Shown here in pieces: positions 25,890 through 39,337 of a stretch of 64,000 nucleotides of DNA; within the stretch, counting starts at the first letter, position 1; each line of letters opens with the position of its first letter. The stretch is from Camelus dromedarius (Eukaryota): contig NC_087436.1 in the NCBI RefSeq assembly GCF_036321535.1, positions 59,026,001-59,090,000 on the forward strand, in the 5' to 3' direction. A program made the translations under genes and the position numbers. The notes below the pieces were generated by a model. That model was given only the letters and a program-made list of their open reading frames with translations. It did not search any database and had not been told where the DNA came from.

Positions 25890-26965
25890 AATCACCCCAA
25901 AAGAAAAAAGAATGAAAAAGAGTGAAGAAAGCTTAAGGGATTTATGGGATACCATAAAGTGTACAAAAATACATTATGTGGGTCCAAGAAGGAGAACATA
26001 GAGAGAAAGTACCAGAAAGCTTATTCAAAGAAATAATGATGAAAACATCCTAAATTTTGAAAAGCAAATTGGTAACCAGATCTAAAAATCCCTCAGGCTA
26101 TTAAATAGGATGAGTTCAAAGAAATACACATGGACACACATAATAATCAAATTGTCCAAATTTAAAGGAAAAGAGAGTTTTGAAATCAGTGAGACAGAAG
26201 TGACTTATTACATGCAAAGGAACACCCATAAGACAATCAGCAGATTTGTCAGCAGAAACATTGCACACCAGATGGGAGTGGGGTGGTATATTGGAAGTGC
26301 AGGGGGAAAAAAAAACTGCCAACAAAGAATATTTAACCTGGCAAGCTGTCCTTCAGAAATAAGGGATAGATAAAGCTTTTTTTAGACAAGCAAAAACAGA
26401 GGATGTTCGTTACCACCTGACCTGCCTTACAAAAATGCTAAAGGGAGCACTTCAAGCTGAAATGATGGGACACTAAACAGTAATTAAATAGTGTAAAAAA
26501 GTATGAAATTTATTGGTAAAGGAAAATATACATAGAAAAACACAGAATACTGTATTATTATAATGGTGGTAGGTAACTTTTAATCCTAGTAAAAATTAGA
26601 TAAAAGTATTACAAATAACTATAATTAAAATGTTAAAAGACATTCAAAATTAATAGATGTAAATTGTGACAAGAATAACATAAAGTGTGGTGGGGAAAAG
26701 TTTAAACGTAAAGTTTTGTATGTGATTGAGCTTAAGTTGTTATCAGCTAAAAATAGAGTTATAACTAAACTTTAAGTAAACTGCAAGGCGCGCACGCACA
26801 CACACACACACACCCTATAGTTACTCCAAAGAAGAAGAAAAAGGAATCAAAGCATAATGATATGAAAAAATTAAAACACAAATGAAGACAGTAAGAGAAG
26901 GAAAAACAGACAGAACTATAAGACTAACAGACAACAATTAACAAAATGGTAATAGTAAGTCATCT
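25890..26965 (+). mobile_element. LINE-1 ORF1 / inter-ORF fragment
   Basis: Runs from aaaagaatgaaaaagagtgaagaaagcttaagggatttatggga through acctgacctgccttacaaaaatgctaaaggga to aacaaaatggtaatagtaagtc (ORF2 start). Confidence 0.85.
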
Positions 26966-27427
26966 AAGATTATGAGTGGGGACAAAAATGCATGGGATAT
27001 GTGTAGAGAAAAAGGTATGAATACAAACTGTGGTCTTATACTTGCAGAAACAAACACCATATGAACTACCCATATTTTTGTCCTTCCATTAGTTATGTAT
27101 TTATATAATTTATCTAATTTTTAAAATTTTTCATCTCTCTTTTTACAGTATTATTTTATATTGAATGGACTAGTGGTGCTATTGTTTGGTTACAAGAAAT
27201 TGAGGACAGATTTTTACTGAGCTAAAAGGGAGACTGAACATCACTCAGATATATAAATTTGATAGATGAGAGTTTGAATGTCTTCTTTTGAGAAAGGAGT
27301 GAGACCATACAAGGAATTATTTGTGTTAGGTTATTTAGTATCAGGTGGTTGCTGTAACTGTTGCTCAAAACTTTAAGCATAAGCAGAAGAATATGTGTTT
27401 ATGTGTGGCTGTTGCATAGTTGTTGAC

Positions 27428-27886
27428 TGTGGCAAATATGGGGATTGGCTCACTCCATGTCCACTCCTATAATCTCTCAGGAGCAGATAGCAGAAAAGTA
27501 AAAAGTACATGCCCGGATTTCTTTGCATCTAGAGTTTGGAATATAATTTAATTCATAACTATTAGATACATTTCAGCAAGGCTTAGATCAGATAAAGGCA
27601 GGGTGTAGGACATCTATTTTGTATCACAGGTCATGGTGGTGGTGGAATGGTTCTGAAACCAGCAGATTCTTGACTCATCAATTTCTGCAGAGAGGGAAAA
27701 CTTTTCTGATTTTGGCAGAGGCACAATAGATCTGGATGCTAAAAATTGTTCCTGGAACCTAGATGGTGAACTTCTGCCATTCCAGCAATTATGTACAAAC
27801 ACAATTTCCTGCAGGACTTAAGTCCTTTCTACCTTAAATATACAGTAATGCATTCAGTTGCTTGTAAGTGAACACTCTACAATACA
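27428..27886 (+). mobile_element. ERVL LTR (LTR33-like)
   Basis: tgtggcaaata start, gcagaaaagtaaaaagtacatgcccggatttctttgcatctagag core, and ...aataca end. Confidence 0.7.
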
Positions 27887-29419
27887 GTCTCCAAAGGAAA
27901 CCTCAATTAATTTGATCAGAATAAAAGAGTTCAAACACTAACAAAAATAGCCATCTTATTAAAAGAACATTTAAAAATATGCAAAAAGGGTAACGATTAG
28001 ATGTGAAAAGTCTTCCCATGAAGTGACTAACAATATATTTCCAATCTGTTAAAAATATAAAAACAATATCAAATGATCTGAGAAATTTGTATGCAGGCTA
28101 CAATTTGAAGCATTGCCAGTTGAAAAAATGGTTTTTTAGATATCCTATACTTCTGTACATTTTCCAAGTGCCCCTAGTATGGATTAATAAAAATCTGTTT
28201 CCATTACAGTTAACTAATGTTAATACTGTGTAAATTGATTTGTTCCTATTTACATTAAGTAAATGAAGATAAATACATTGCAGTATTTCTTTAACTCACC
28301 AGTGGTAAGTAAAAACTGGAGATAACAACATTACTGTAGTTTTTCAATAAGCCAAATCTGGTCTTTAAATATCTAAAATCACATTCTACAAGCATAGGCA
28401 GTTGACACTTGCAAAATAACCTACAGCTATTTCATGGAATCTATTTTAGAGATCAATTAATATGATTAGTTTTTTAACTGTCACTATTTCAGGTATCACC
28501 ATCAATTAATAAAATTAACCAGAAAGTCTCATGTGATTTACCTACTTGCATCCTAATGGTCTCAAAAGCAGTATGGTAATAGAAATTATATAACATAATG
28601 TGTAGAGACACCAGAAATATTTAAAAGATGAAAAAAATAAATAGTGATAATCAAGGGAGAGAGTGGTAAGTCATATACCCCCTGCAATACCAGATTAATC
28701 CTTTTCACTTCTTATCTCCTGCAGTGAAGATTAACCTGATAGGTGACTTGGTGTAGCAGTTCTCCCAAAAGTGTGAGATAAAATAGGACTGATATTGACT
28801 GCAGGTTTGCTGAAATGAAAAAAAAAAAAAAAAAAAATTGGATACTCTGAGATTTACGATCAGAAAGACAAAATAAAAATGCAGATATGTTAATGTAAGG
28901 AAGTATGAAGTTAATGCCACCTCCTTCAACCTCCCACAACACAAATAAGGGTTACCTACGTAAGTATTCAAAATTCACTTCATAGTTCAGTTTATACTTA
29001 AGGCACTGAGAAATGTACACACTAAATAGGTATCAGTCTAAACAGATATCAGATAAGCCATACAGTTAGAACCAAGAGCCTGTTCTATATCCAAAAAGCT
29101 GTAATAGGAACTTCATATAGACATTAGATACAGAATTTACAGAAAAAAATCAAAAGAATATGAAAAATTACCATATAAAGGATGAAAAGTTCTTATTTAT
29201 TGCATCAAAGTCAGTCAAACTAGTTGATAAATTGCAAAATATTTTCAAATTAATTAGTTTAAACATCAATATTAACATGTTAAATATTTTATGTAATAAA
29301 TTAATATCTTAGACTACTACAAAAGATATACATAATTAGTCCCCAATTATATAGAGATTAAAGCATTAGAGATCATTAGAAATTATATGCATGTTGTATT
29401 ATATATTATATATATAAAA

Positions 29420-29830
29420 CTTGGTTCTAGCTTTTCATAGTAATTATGTTCTGTAAAGTTGCTATAAACACCAAATTAGCAAATACTGAAGCATTTGAAG
29501 AATTGCTTCTAGGGGAAACCAGGGTTAAGTTCATGTTGAGAACTTTGGCTACATGTTTATCACCTGATCAGTATGTTTCTTTTTAAAGACATCTTATTTA
29601 ATATATTTTTAATTCGTTAATACTGAAGTCACAGTCAACAGCACTAAAACTCACGTCTGAACAAAGCTTATATAACACTTTTTTTTTTGGTAAGGCACAA
29701 GACAGCCTTCTTGCATGTAGGAACATTAGACAGCATATCGGCTCTATACTTCAAGGCTATTTAAGTAGTGATGAAATCCTCAACAAAAATAGGAGAAGCA
29801 CGATACTCCATAGACCATGAACAAGATACA
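29420..29830. mobile_element. MER82 (TcMar-Tigger non-autonomous), truncated
   Basis: Contains ttatgttctgtaaagttgct...aattagcaaatactgaa...cttctaggggaaa...caacagcactaaaactcacgtctgaacaaagcttat...acagccttcttgc. Confidence 0.8.
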
Positions 29831-29837
29831 TAGGGTT

Positions 29838-30356
29838 GCATTTCTGCGGTGTTTGTTGTAACTTCTTCGTTTCTGATTTTATTGATTTAGGCTCTCCCTT
29901 TTTTTCTTGATGAGTCTTGCTAAAGTTTAATCAATATTGTTTACCTTTACAAAGAACCAGCTCTTAGTTTCATTGATCTTTTCTTTTGTTTTTTAAGTTT
30001 CTATTTCATTTGTTCCTGCTCTGATCTTTATGATTTCTTTCCTTCTACTAATTTTGGATTTTTTTTTCTTTCTCTAGTTCCTTTAAGTGTAAGATTAGTT
30101 TATTTATTTGAGATTTTGTTACCTGAGGCAGGGTTCTATCACTATAACCTTCTCTCTTAAAACTGCTTTTGGTGCATCTCATAGTTTTTTGATAGTTGTA
30201 TTTTTGTTTTCATTTGTCTCCAGGTATTTTTTGATTTCTTATTTGACTTCGTCAGTGAGTCATTTTTTCTGTCTTGTACTAGCCTCCACGTGTTTGTTTG
30301 TTTGTTTGTTTTCTTGTTGTAGCTGATTTCTAGTCTCATAGTGTTGTGGTCAGGAA
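29838..30356 (-). mobile_element. Internal LINE-1 ORF2 fragment truncated at both ends
   Basis: Aligns by eye with about 62490-63000 (aaagaaccagctcttagtttcattgatc; ctgatttctagtctcatagtgttgtggtc). Confidence 0.88.
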
Positions 30357-30399
30357 ATACATTTTATGACACCAGATTCATTGAACTTTCATAGTCAGA

Positions 30400-31560
30400 A
30401 AGGGCCTTCAAAAAATTACAACCTATCTCAATCACAAACATGGATACAAAAAATCCTAAGGAAAATATTACTAAACCAAAACCAACAAATGATCATTTTT
30501 TTCATTGTGGAATATCCATCCAACAAAATTTAGTATTATTTATGACAAAAACTCTTTACAAACTAAGGATGCAAGGAGACTCCAAAGGTGATAAAAGATA
30601 TCTTAATAAAAGCTTGAAGAAGATATTATATTTAACAATGAAAAGGCAAGAATATTTACTAATAGTGTGCTTATCCAGCATACTCCTGCAAGTCCTAGCT
30701 AGTGCTGTAAGAAACAAGAAAATTAAAAAATATTTGTGTAAGGAACAAAAAAGAAGAAACATAGCTATTATTTGGATTTCATATTATCTAAACATATAAA
30801 CAGCATCTACAGAAGAATTATTAAAAATAAAAAGTAAATTTAGTAATTCTGCTGATTATAAATTTTTAAATTTCAGTTGTAATCCTTCATACCAACAATA
30901 ATCACTTAGAATATAATACGAAAATATAATATAAAATTACTTGGCCAGTCTGCAGTAAAAATATATAGAATCTTAGAATAATTCCAATGAAACATGTGTT
31001 ACTTTTTATTCAAACATATGAAATCAGATTTAAATAAATGGAAATGAAAGTTTCCTGGATAGAGATATTCAATCCCATAGAAATGCCATTTTAGCAAAGT
31101 TAATTTATAATGCATTTTCTAATTTAAGATTCAACATGATCCTTCACAAAACTTAACAGTATGATTTGCTTGGCTGGAAGAACAAAAGACTAAATATAAC
31201 TAAGATAATTCTAAAGAGAAAGAACTAATTGTGGGGAAATTCTCCTACCAGATATCAATATCTGTGAAGACCTACTGCATTTAAGGTTAGTCAGGCAGAG
31301 GTGTAGGAATAGCTGAATAGACCAAAGGAAGACACAACTGAATCTCCAAAATACTCACACATATGTGATAAGGAATTGGGATAATGTAGGAATTACATAT
31401 GAGTGGGGAAAATAATGGACTCTAAAATATATAGTGCTAAAATAAGTTATACTTACATTAAGAAGTTGATTCTTACTTTAGACTATACAAAAAAAAAAAC
31501 CTCAGTTGGAGATGGAAGGTAGATCTAAATTTGAAAAATAATATGAAATCTATATCATTT
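30400..31560 (+). mobile_element. Ancient L1 ORF2 relic
   Basis: ORF 30440..30799 contains KRQEYLL...ILLQVLASAVRNKKIK, a decayed RT segment. Confidence 0.65.
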
Positions 31561-31629
31561 CATGGTAGAGATGTATGTTGCATTTTTGGATGAAAATTGG
31601 TCAATTATATTAGTATTTTGAATGATGAT

Positions 31630-32110
31630 GTAGCTTTTGTTGCAAAACTAATTACTGTAAAATTAATTATTTAAAACAATAATAACATTTATTTTGTGTA
31701 GGAGACACAGATAGTCTGGGAAATTCTGCTAATCTGGGCAGGCTTGCTTGATTTTTGTTGGGTTGTTCATACAGATGTTATGACCTACAGGCTCTGCTAG
31801 GGTTTCACTGGTTTAGACTGGCCTTGGTGAAAATGACTGGGCTCTGCTCCACGTGGTTCTCATACACCTATAGACTTACATGAGCTTGTATTCATGGCAG
31901 AAGTTGGCTCCAGAGTCTTTTGAGGCTATCACTGTAACTGGCACAGTGTTATTTCCTCCACATTGTTGGCCAAACCAAAGATATGATTCAAGGAGCAGGA
32001 ACACAAACTCCACCTCATGATGTATGGAGCAGAAATGTAATCATTTCTAAGAAGGTGGATCCAGAGAAGGGTGCAGAATTGGTTTCACTTTTGCAATTAG
32101 TCTAATGGCA
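31630..32110 (-). mobile_element. MaLR LTR (MLT1G/H-like)
   Basis: Contains gggctctgctccacgtgg, aactggcacagtgttatttcctccacattgttggccaaa and aactccacctc...cacttttgcaat. Confidence 0.7.
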
Positions 32111-32754
32111 GATAGTATAATTTCCTTTTCTCTATTCTCTATTAACTATTTTTAATTGAAATTAAATATTTCTCTATTAAATATTTTTAATTGAAAGTAA
32201 CTAACATTGGTAGTAAAACAATTTCTCGAAAATCTTTTATTTTTTCAATATTAGATAATAATGTAATTTTCTCCATTATTGATGTGCACTAATAATACCC
32301 AAAATAAAAACACAACATTCTTATCTAGAAATCTTCACTATATTATTATACTTTCTTACTCAAATTTCCTGCATGCTTTTGTAGAATTTAATGAGGACCA
32401 AATTATAGATTTCAAAACTACCAAATTTATATAATGTGAAATGTAAATCAATCACAATCTGTTTATAGTAAGTATTTTGGTAATATATTAATATCATAAC
32501 AATTATAGAGGGAAGTCTGAAATTATGTGCCAAATGTATAAAGAATGAAAATATTTGAACAAGCTGAAATTCTTCACAAAATGTGATTACCCTTATATGA
32601 CATGGCAATAAGATAAAATGCTAAACACCTTTAATAAGTTCTAACTTACATAGAACTTTTATTAACTTTATTGCAGTTTTTTACAATGCATGAAATCAGC
32701 TTTTGAAAAATGGGTGAACTAAAAGGCAGAAGTTTTTTTTGGTAATTGTTTATT

Positions 32755-33620
32755 CATTTATTTTAATATTGTAGTTGAGGTGAAATTTATATGTGGAAAA
32801 GAGCACATCCTAAGTGTAAAACTTGACTAGTGTAAATAAATGAATACACTCATGAAACCACTAAATAATTAAGGTATGGGATATTTCCATCACACCAGAA
32901 AGGCCCATTGTGTACTTTCCAGGCAGTTTCCACTTTTCTAAGGCAATCATTGTTGTGATTTTTAATGCCATTATTTTGACTTGTTCTTGAACTTCATATG
33001 AATAGAATCATACTTGTTTAAAACATGAATTAAATCAAATTTATCTGCACAGATTTATCTGCATCATATTGACATGATCTTTTAGTTTTTCTCCTTTAAA
33101 CTATTAATTTAGTAAGTTACATTGATTTTTCAAATATTACCAAAAACAACAAAACCAAAACCATAAAACTTATATTTCCACCTAGTCATAATTTTTATGT
33201 TATTATTTTTACATGTTACTGGATTTGATTTTCTGATATTTTGCCTATAAATTGTTCCCAAGTAAAATTGGTCTAATTTTTTCCTTGTAAATCATTGTCA
33301 GGTCGTATCAGAGTCATTCTGTCCTCAGAAAACAAGTTAGAAAATGTTTTCCATTTTCTGAAAGTTTTGTAGGGAGTAATAATTCATCCTTTATATTTGA
33401 TAACATTTATCAGAGAAACTGAATCTAGAATTTTTTGTAAGAAATTTTTGACAACAGATTTTATTACTTAATAAGTATGTCTAATTATATTTTCTATTTC
33501 TTTTTATATCAATTTTTAATGTGTGCTGTTCAAGAAATTCATTTATTTCATTAAAATTGAAAAATTTGTTGTTAAAATGTTGTTCTTAATATTTTACAAT
33601 TATCTATAGGATTTTAATGT
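32755..33620 (-). mobile_element. Old L1MC/ME fragments (3' UTR and ORF2)
   Basis: Contains gttgaggtgaaatttat...cctaagtgta...atttccatcacaccagaaagg...cttgttcttgaacttcatatgaatagaatcatac. Confidence 0.7.
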
Positions 33621-35089
33621 CACTCACCACGTACCTCTCTGTCTCTGTCTTTCTCACCACCCCCGACACACACATAAACACATAGAGCAATAACCATTGT
33701 CTCACTAGGGAACTTAGCAGTTAGCAGCAACAAAGCTGCCTAATACTGAACATTCCTTAAGAGTTTGAGCCATTCCAATGTCTGCTGATTTTTTTTTTAA
33801 TGTAATAAATAGAAAAAGTATCACCCAAACTTGGGCAATAGCTTAGAGAGTTTATATGAAAACTGATAATGAGGAATCCTTACTAGTTTTTAACAGAAAA
33901 TTCCGATTTACATCTTTAAATTTGTTCTTACTAAAACTACTGTTTTTAGGAAAATCTGAATTGTCAATTTTTTTAAAAGAATTATACTTGAGTAGAAATT
34001 CACATAACTTTTTAAAAAATTATGGGAGTTCTCATAATATAAGATTACATGTAGGTTACCTTCAATAACTTGTTGACAAATAAAATAAATATATGTTCTA
34101 CCTATTGATTATTCATTATTTACAAAGATAACACAAAGTAGGCTTATTCTCATTTCCCCTACCTCTCATCAATACTTAAGCCTATAATGAAAGACAAAAA
34201 TCAAAAGCAAATTAATTGTAATAATAAACAGAAGAACACAATTCCCTTGTCTCATCAAGATACTAGCTTGTATCTGATATTGTAGAATTAAAAATGTATG
34301 ACATGTTGCTTTTTATTAAATATCTAATACCCCTTGAAGATGTTGATGAGAAATTAATAATCATGTATTCCTCCATGGGAATAAACTTAACAAACTCTTT
34401 TCATCTTAGTTTAGGTAGAACATCACATTCTATCCTTAAAGAAAAGGGGGTCCCTGGAGGGAATAAACAGACTAAAAATTGAAGCACCAACTTCATTTTA
34501 AAGCACACTTCACCTCTAACTTCTTATGTGATGAAAGACAATCAAAATAGATTGGATTCATTTTTCCCAAAATAAATTCTACAGAATAAGGTATTGACAA
34601 CAATGAAAGTAGTGTTTAATTGTCAAATAGTTTATAAAAATTTTTGGAGTGACACTTTTGACTGGTGGACAAGACAGATGGGTCACTTTTCTGATGGAAT
34701 TTACAATGTAACAGGGAAAAATACTTTAAAAAGCTAAATCACAGGGTAGTGAGTGCCAAGAAGAAATATAAGAAATCATTATCATAATCTATATTTTGTC
34801 CTCTCCCATCTCAGAACCACTCCACATCTGATCATTCTATATGAACTCTTCTTTCCCTTCCTACCCTCTTCACACAGCTGCCCAGTTTTCTGTTATCAGT
34901 TTAATTATCATATTCTTAAGGAACGTTTCTGTGGTTTCTTTTAAGGAAACTCTCAAGTCTGGATTAGAAGCCCCTTTAGTTGAGCTTTATGGTACATTTA
35001 ATACCATAGTCTATTATTATTGCCTATTTGCATATTTGTAACTCCTATTAGGCCATATTTTATTGTTTTTACATCAGCTATAATTTATT

Positions 35090-35240
35090 TCTCAAAAAAC
35101 TCTATGTAATTGGTGGAACTAACCACTCCCAATGTATAGATAAGCAAATTGAGACTTAGGTAATTTGGCAAGATCATACAGTTGAGTAAATAGCAGAGTC
35201 AGGATTAAACCCAAGTCAGTGAAGGTTTATCACTGTGAGT
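35090..35240 (-). mobile_element. MIR SINE core
   Basis: atagataagcaaattgagacttaggtaatttggcaagatcatacag...agcagagtcaggattaaacccaagtc. Confidence 0.8.
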
Positions 35241-36865
35241 AACCACAAATAAACTTCCTCCGGCAAAATCATGGCTAGCTGCTTTGAAGAGGTAGGCTTT
35301 CAGCAATGAAATATTCCTGGAGGAAAAACTTGGAAACCATTACTTCTCATTGTGCTTTTCTTTTAAGGTGTCTAACTAACATTCTTCCATTAATAAACTA
35401 CTAACTTCAATTTTAATCAAAAATATAGTTTTAGTACTCCATGAAGAATTACACACACAGACAACACTGCAGTTTCAAGAGATAAAAGTTACCCTTATTA
35501 TGTCTGCTGTTTATCATTGAGTATACACTGGTCTTGATGGTTGAAAGGAATTTGGCTATAGATAGTGAATGACACACGATACAGTATGTTGGTTTTATAT
35601 TTGTAACAAGGGACCTGCACAAAATATCCAGTTATGCCATGAAGTGACTCATTCTTTGTCACTCTCTTCTATTTTGTCCTCATCAAGAGCATGAGTGGTA
35701 CCTTTAGTGTCCCTTTCCAATTGCTAGCAGAATCAGATCTTAAATGTAAAACCACTGATTGCATCCATCCGCTCATCTACAGTAGATACTAAATAAACTA
35801 TAATACTAAATGTAATCTGTGCCCCTTGCGCAGCTTCTGATTTTCTTCCAAGCCAACTTTGAAGCAGCACTCAGCCGTTCTCTTGAAATAACTCACCCTA
35901 CAAAGCAATAGTCGCTAATATAGATTAAACTAGAGATTTCAAAGGGGGAAAAGTACGGGGGGCTACACTACTTCCTTCATAGTATAAAATTTCCTTAATT
36001 GTCTCTTGACATGACTCCACCCTAAGCATGTCTCTTACTCCCATTAATATGACATTCTCTACCTGCCTTTGTACACTTTTCCCTGCTCTTTATTTTCTCT
36101 GTGCCTTTATTTTTTAAAGCACACTAATTTTACTCTATTTCCTCCAAATGCACATATTCAGATACAATGTCCACTCATAAAATAAAGAATTCTCTGGGGT
36201 TTTGGGTCTTTAGAAGGCAGCAGGGAATTATAAATAACACATTTATTTCTTCTTAATCAGTGCTCTACCAATTCAGAAAGATTGTCCCTTTGACAATGAA
36301 AGCACATGGCCTCCAGGTACTCTGAAATAACATTATATTGATTTCAGCTTTACCTGTTCTCAAAAATAGTGCTAGCTCTTATATTTTGGGAGAAAATATA
36401 CTAACTGCCATTTTTAAATAGCAAATACATGTGCAGGACACTCGGCTAGCTCAGCGGCAGTGCTCGTCAACACGGACGGCTCTGGAAAGAGTGTAAAAAT
36501 AAGCTTTAAACAGTCTAGCAGGTTTTCTAGGAATTTAGAAAAGGGAGTCTTGGAGGTATAGTTAGGGCTTGCCTGATTAGGTTGGATCCACACAGGATTA
36601 TATCCCTTTTAATGAACTCAGAGTTGATTTAATCAAAGATCTAAAATTCAACAGCAAAATCTCTCTTGACATGTATTGTAACAATTACCAGAGTGATATG
36701 CCATCACATTCCAACATTTGTGGGGTGGGGATTTTAAGAAGCATGTATACTGGCAGGTAGAAATCTCTGGTGCCATCTTGGATCTTGTCTTCCATTATAT
36801 ATATATTCTTTATTGAAAAAAAAGGATAAGAACATCCTTTAGTATGTCCTTTATGAAAAGGATAT

Positions 36866-36922
36866 ATATACACACACACACACACTCATATATACATATA
36901 TACATGTACACAAACACACATA
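36866..36922. repeat. (TA)/(CA) microsatellite
   Basis: Seen directly in the sequence. Confidence 0.85.
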
Positions 36923-37819
36923 TCCTTTACTGACATTTTCCTCAAATTTCAGTGTTATTTTTTGGATGGATCAGAGATAAGGAAAGTGTGAGGGATATTT
37001 TCAGAACTCCAAATCCATCAAGAGTAAAATTTCTTTTAATAATCTTACATGAAATCACTTAGAATCTAGAATCTTATGTTCAGATAGTATTTCTGTTCTA
37101 TAGAGAAATGAGTCTGCTTTACCTGTATTATCACATCATCAAAAAATGAGGCTCTACATGAATCCTCATGATGGTATTGCAAGAATATTTTGCCTCTAAT
37201 TACTGTGCTCCTGAAACAACACACAGAAGAAAACATGATAGATTACAGATCATCTTGTAGAATCACCACAATTCCACAGATTAACAATTTGTTTACAGTA
37301 AAACAAGGTCATTTCTGAACTTGCATGTCAAGTAATTCTCACACACATTGTCAACTCAGAGATAAAAGCAGTCTCTAAATTATGCTATCCTGTGATTTCA
37401 ACTGGTGCATCAATAAACAGGAATTAGAATTCATATGAAGAAAGCCAACATGTCTTTTTGGCAGAGCAGTAGTTTTATGTTAATGTGCCTTTGATTTTAA
37501 AAATAAGTTCATGAAGTATAATTAGGTCAATACATCTACTGTTTGCTTCAAAGAACACCTCAGCAGCAAAATCTTCCACTGCTCAATACAGTAGATATGA
37601 GAAATTCTTTGAGAAGTTACAAATTTCCCAAAATATGAAAGGGCAAGAGTTTTAGTAGCGTTTCTATTCAGATTGCTAAAACTGTGTAAAGAAATTGAAG
37701 GGTTTTGCTAAACTGATTGTTTTATCTACCAAGCTGATTAAAGACATCCTCAGAATATCTTAAAACCATAGGTAAATTCAAATGTTGGATAGAAATTTCC
37801 AAATCATCTAGCCCCTTAT

Positions 37820-37980
37820 TCCACAAAACATGATTGTCAAACCAGTAGCCTTGGCATCACCTAGAAAGTCGTTAGAAATGCAAAACCTAGAGCCCCATCT
37901 CAGACTTATTTTATAAAAATCAGAGTTTTACCGAGATTCTCTAGGTGATTCAAAGGCATATTAAAGTTCAAGAAGCACTA
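37820..37980. mobile_element. MER5A (hAT-Charlie)
   Basis: ggcatcacctagaaagtcgttagaaatgcaaa...gccccatctcagac...ggtgattc...ttaaagttcaagaagcacta. Confidence 0.8.
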
Positions 37981-37999
37981 CTCTATAACTCTTTCTTGT

Positions 38000-38052
38000 G
38001 GGTGAAGAAACTGTGTCACAAATGGTGTGACTTGTCTGAGAACCCAAACTGG
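38000..38052 (-). mobile_element. MIR, left part (split by ERV insertion)
   Basis: gtgaagaaactg...gtgacttgtctgagaacccaaactgg; the MIR continues at 39338. Confidence 0.65.
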
Positions 38053-39337
38053 TGTTGAAAAATTAATAGTCAATCTAAGAAAGAAATGAAAAATTTTACT
38101 TGAGCAAACCTGTGGATTTTAACCTGGGAGACAGACTTTCACAAAGCTCTGAGGACAGTTCCAAAGAGGTAGGAGGAGGCCAGTATATATGTGATTTGGC
38201 AAAGGGGTGTGTGCAATCAAGCACACATCTAGGTAGAAGATTACTGCTATTCGTGGAGAACAGACACCTAAGTCGATGGTTTCAGTGCTTTTCTAAGTAT
38301 GGGAAGATGCAAGAAACCGGGTTCATAAAAGTTTCTCCTAAAAATATCTAACTGTCTGAGGGCCAGTTCTACCAGTTTTCCCACCGCACAAAATTCCTCA
38401 TCCTGATCTTTGCCCTGAATGCCTTTCAGGATAGATTGTAGGTCAGTGACTGCAGTGGCTGATGACTTGATTCTTACAGAACTGAATGGTGGGCAGCATT
38501 CTTTATTTTAGAATTCCCTCCCTTCCAGTCTTAACTTTGACCCAGGACTGGGAGACATTTTGTGACCAGTTTGTCCTATGTGCTTGAAATGCTCACTCCC
38601 AGGTCAGGAGAGGATTTCATCACTAGGCTAGTCAGTATGCTATTACTGGATTAGGCTCTGTAAGTAGCAGCCAAAGCTTCTGGTCTCCTGTCTTTCCAGT
38701 CTGTCATGGTTGAGGAAATGATTCCCTCTCATTGTTTCTTCCCATACCTAGAGTTACACAATTGCAATCATTGATCTTATGAAACTATCTTCGGTCAATC
38801 ATTTCAAGACACCTAGTCATCATTATTTTTACTGGAGGCTGTCACACATTTGGTAATGCAGAAAATAACAATCTTGTAAAATAGACAAAATACAAATAGC
38901 ATAGCTAGTGACATTAATAAGGTCATAAATAAGTATTTAAGCTAAGAACTTCTATTAGGTGTAGCCCAGTATCTCCCCAGGTCGTCTGACCCAGTCTGCT
39001 CTGTATCAATCACTATCTTTAAGGGAAATGATTTATCGGCATTTGTACATAAAGTTTACCAAAGATATCTGCAGGTACAAGGGGAGTGGTAGTCTTCATG
39101 GCCCCTTCGGGGTTGAGAAAGGAATGTTATCTTCTAAGGAGTTAACACGGCTGGTGCCAAAAGAAGAAAAAATGATCTTTATTGTTGATCAGGTGCTTCT
39201 GTGATTGGGGAGTTGTGGTTACTAGATAATGCAGATGCATGATGCATACTAGAGGTGAGAGAAGAGCCACAAATAAACAGAAAAAATTTGCTTAATTTTT
39301 TCTCATCTTGCCTTAAAATATGAATTTTATTTTATTA
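38053..39337 (-). mobile_element. ERV1 (MER4/MER41-group-like) 3' LTR (38053-38512), PPT and about 0.8 kb of putative internal sequence
   Basis: tgttg start; aaagctctgaggac and tttcagtgcttttctaagtatgggaagatgcaag motifs. ttccctcccttcc directly after the LTR is a minus-strand polypurine tract. Candidate 4-bp TSD ctgg/ctgc. Confidence 0.75.

Noticed and set aside
32135..32196. Short AT-rich near-duplication, and similar ones at about 40523-40566 and 51955-51985
   Set aside because: Typical slippage micro-duplications with no spacer array or functional pattern; not CRISPR-like.
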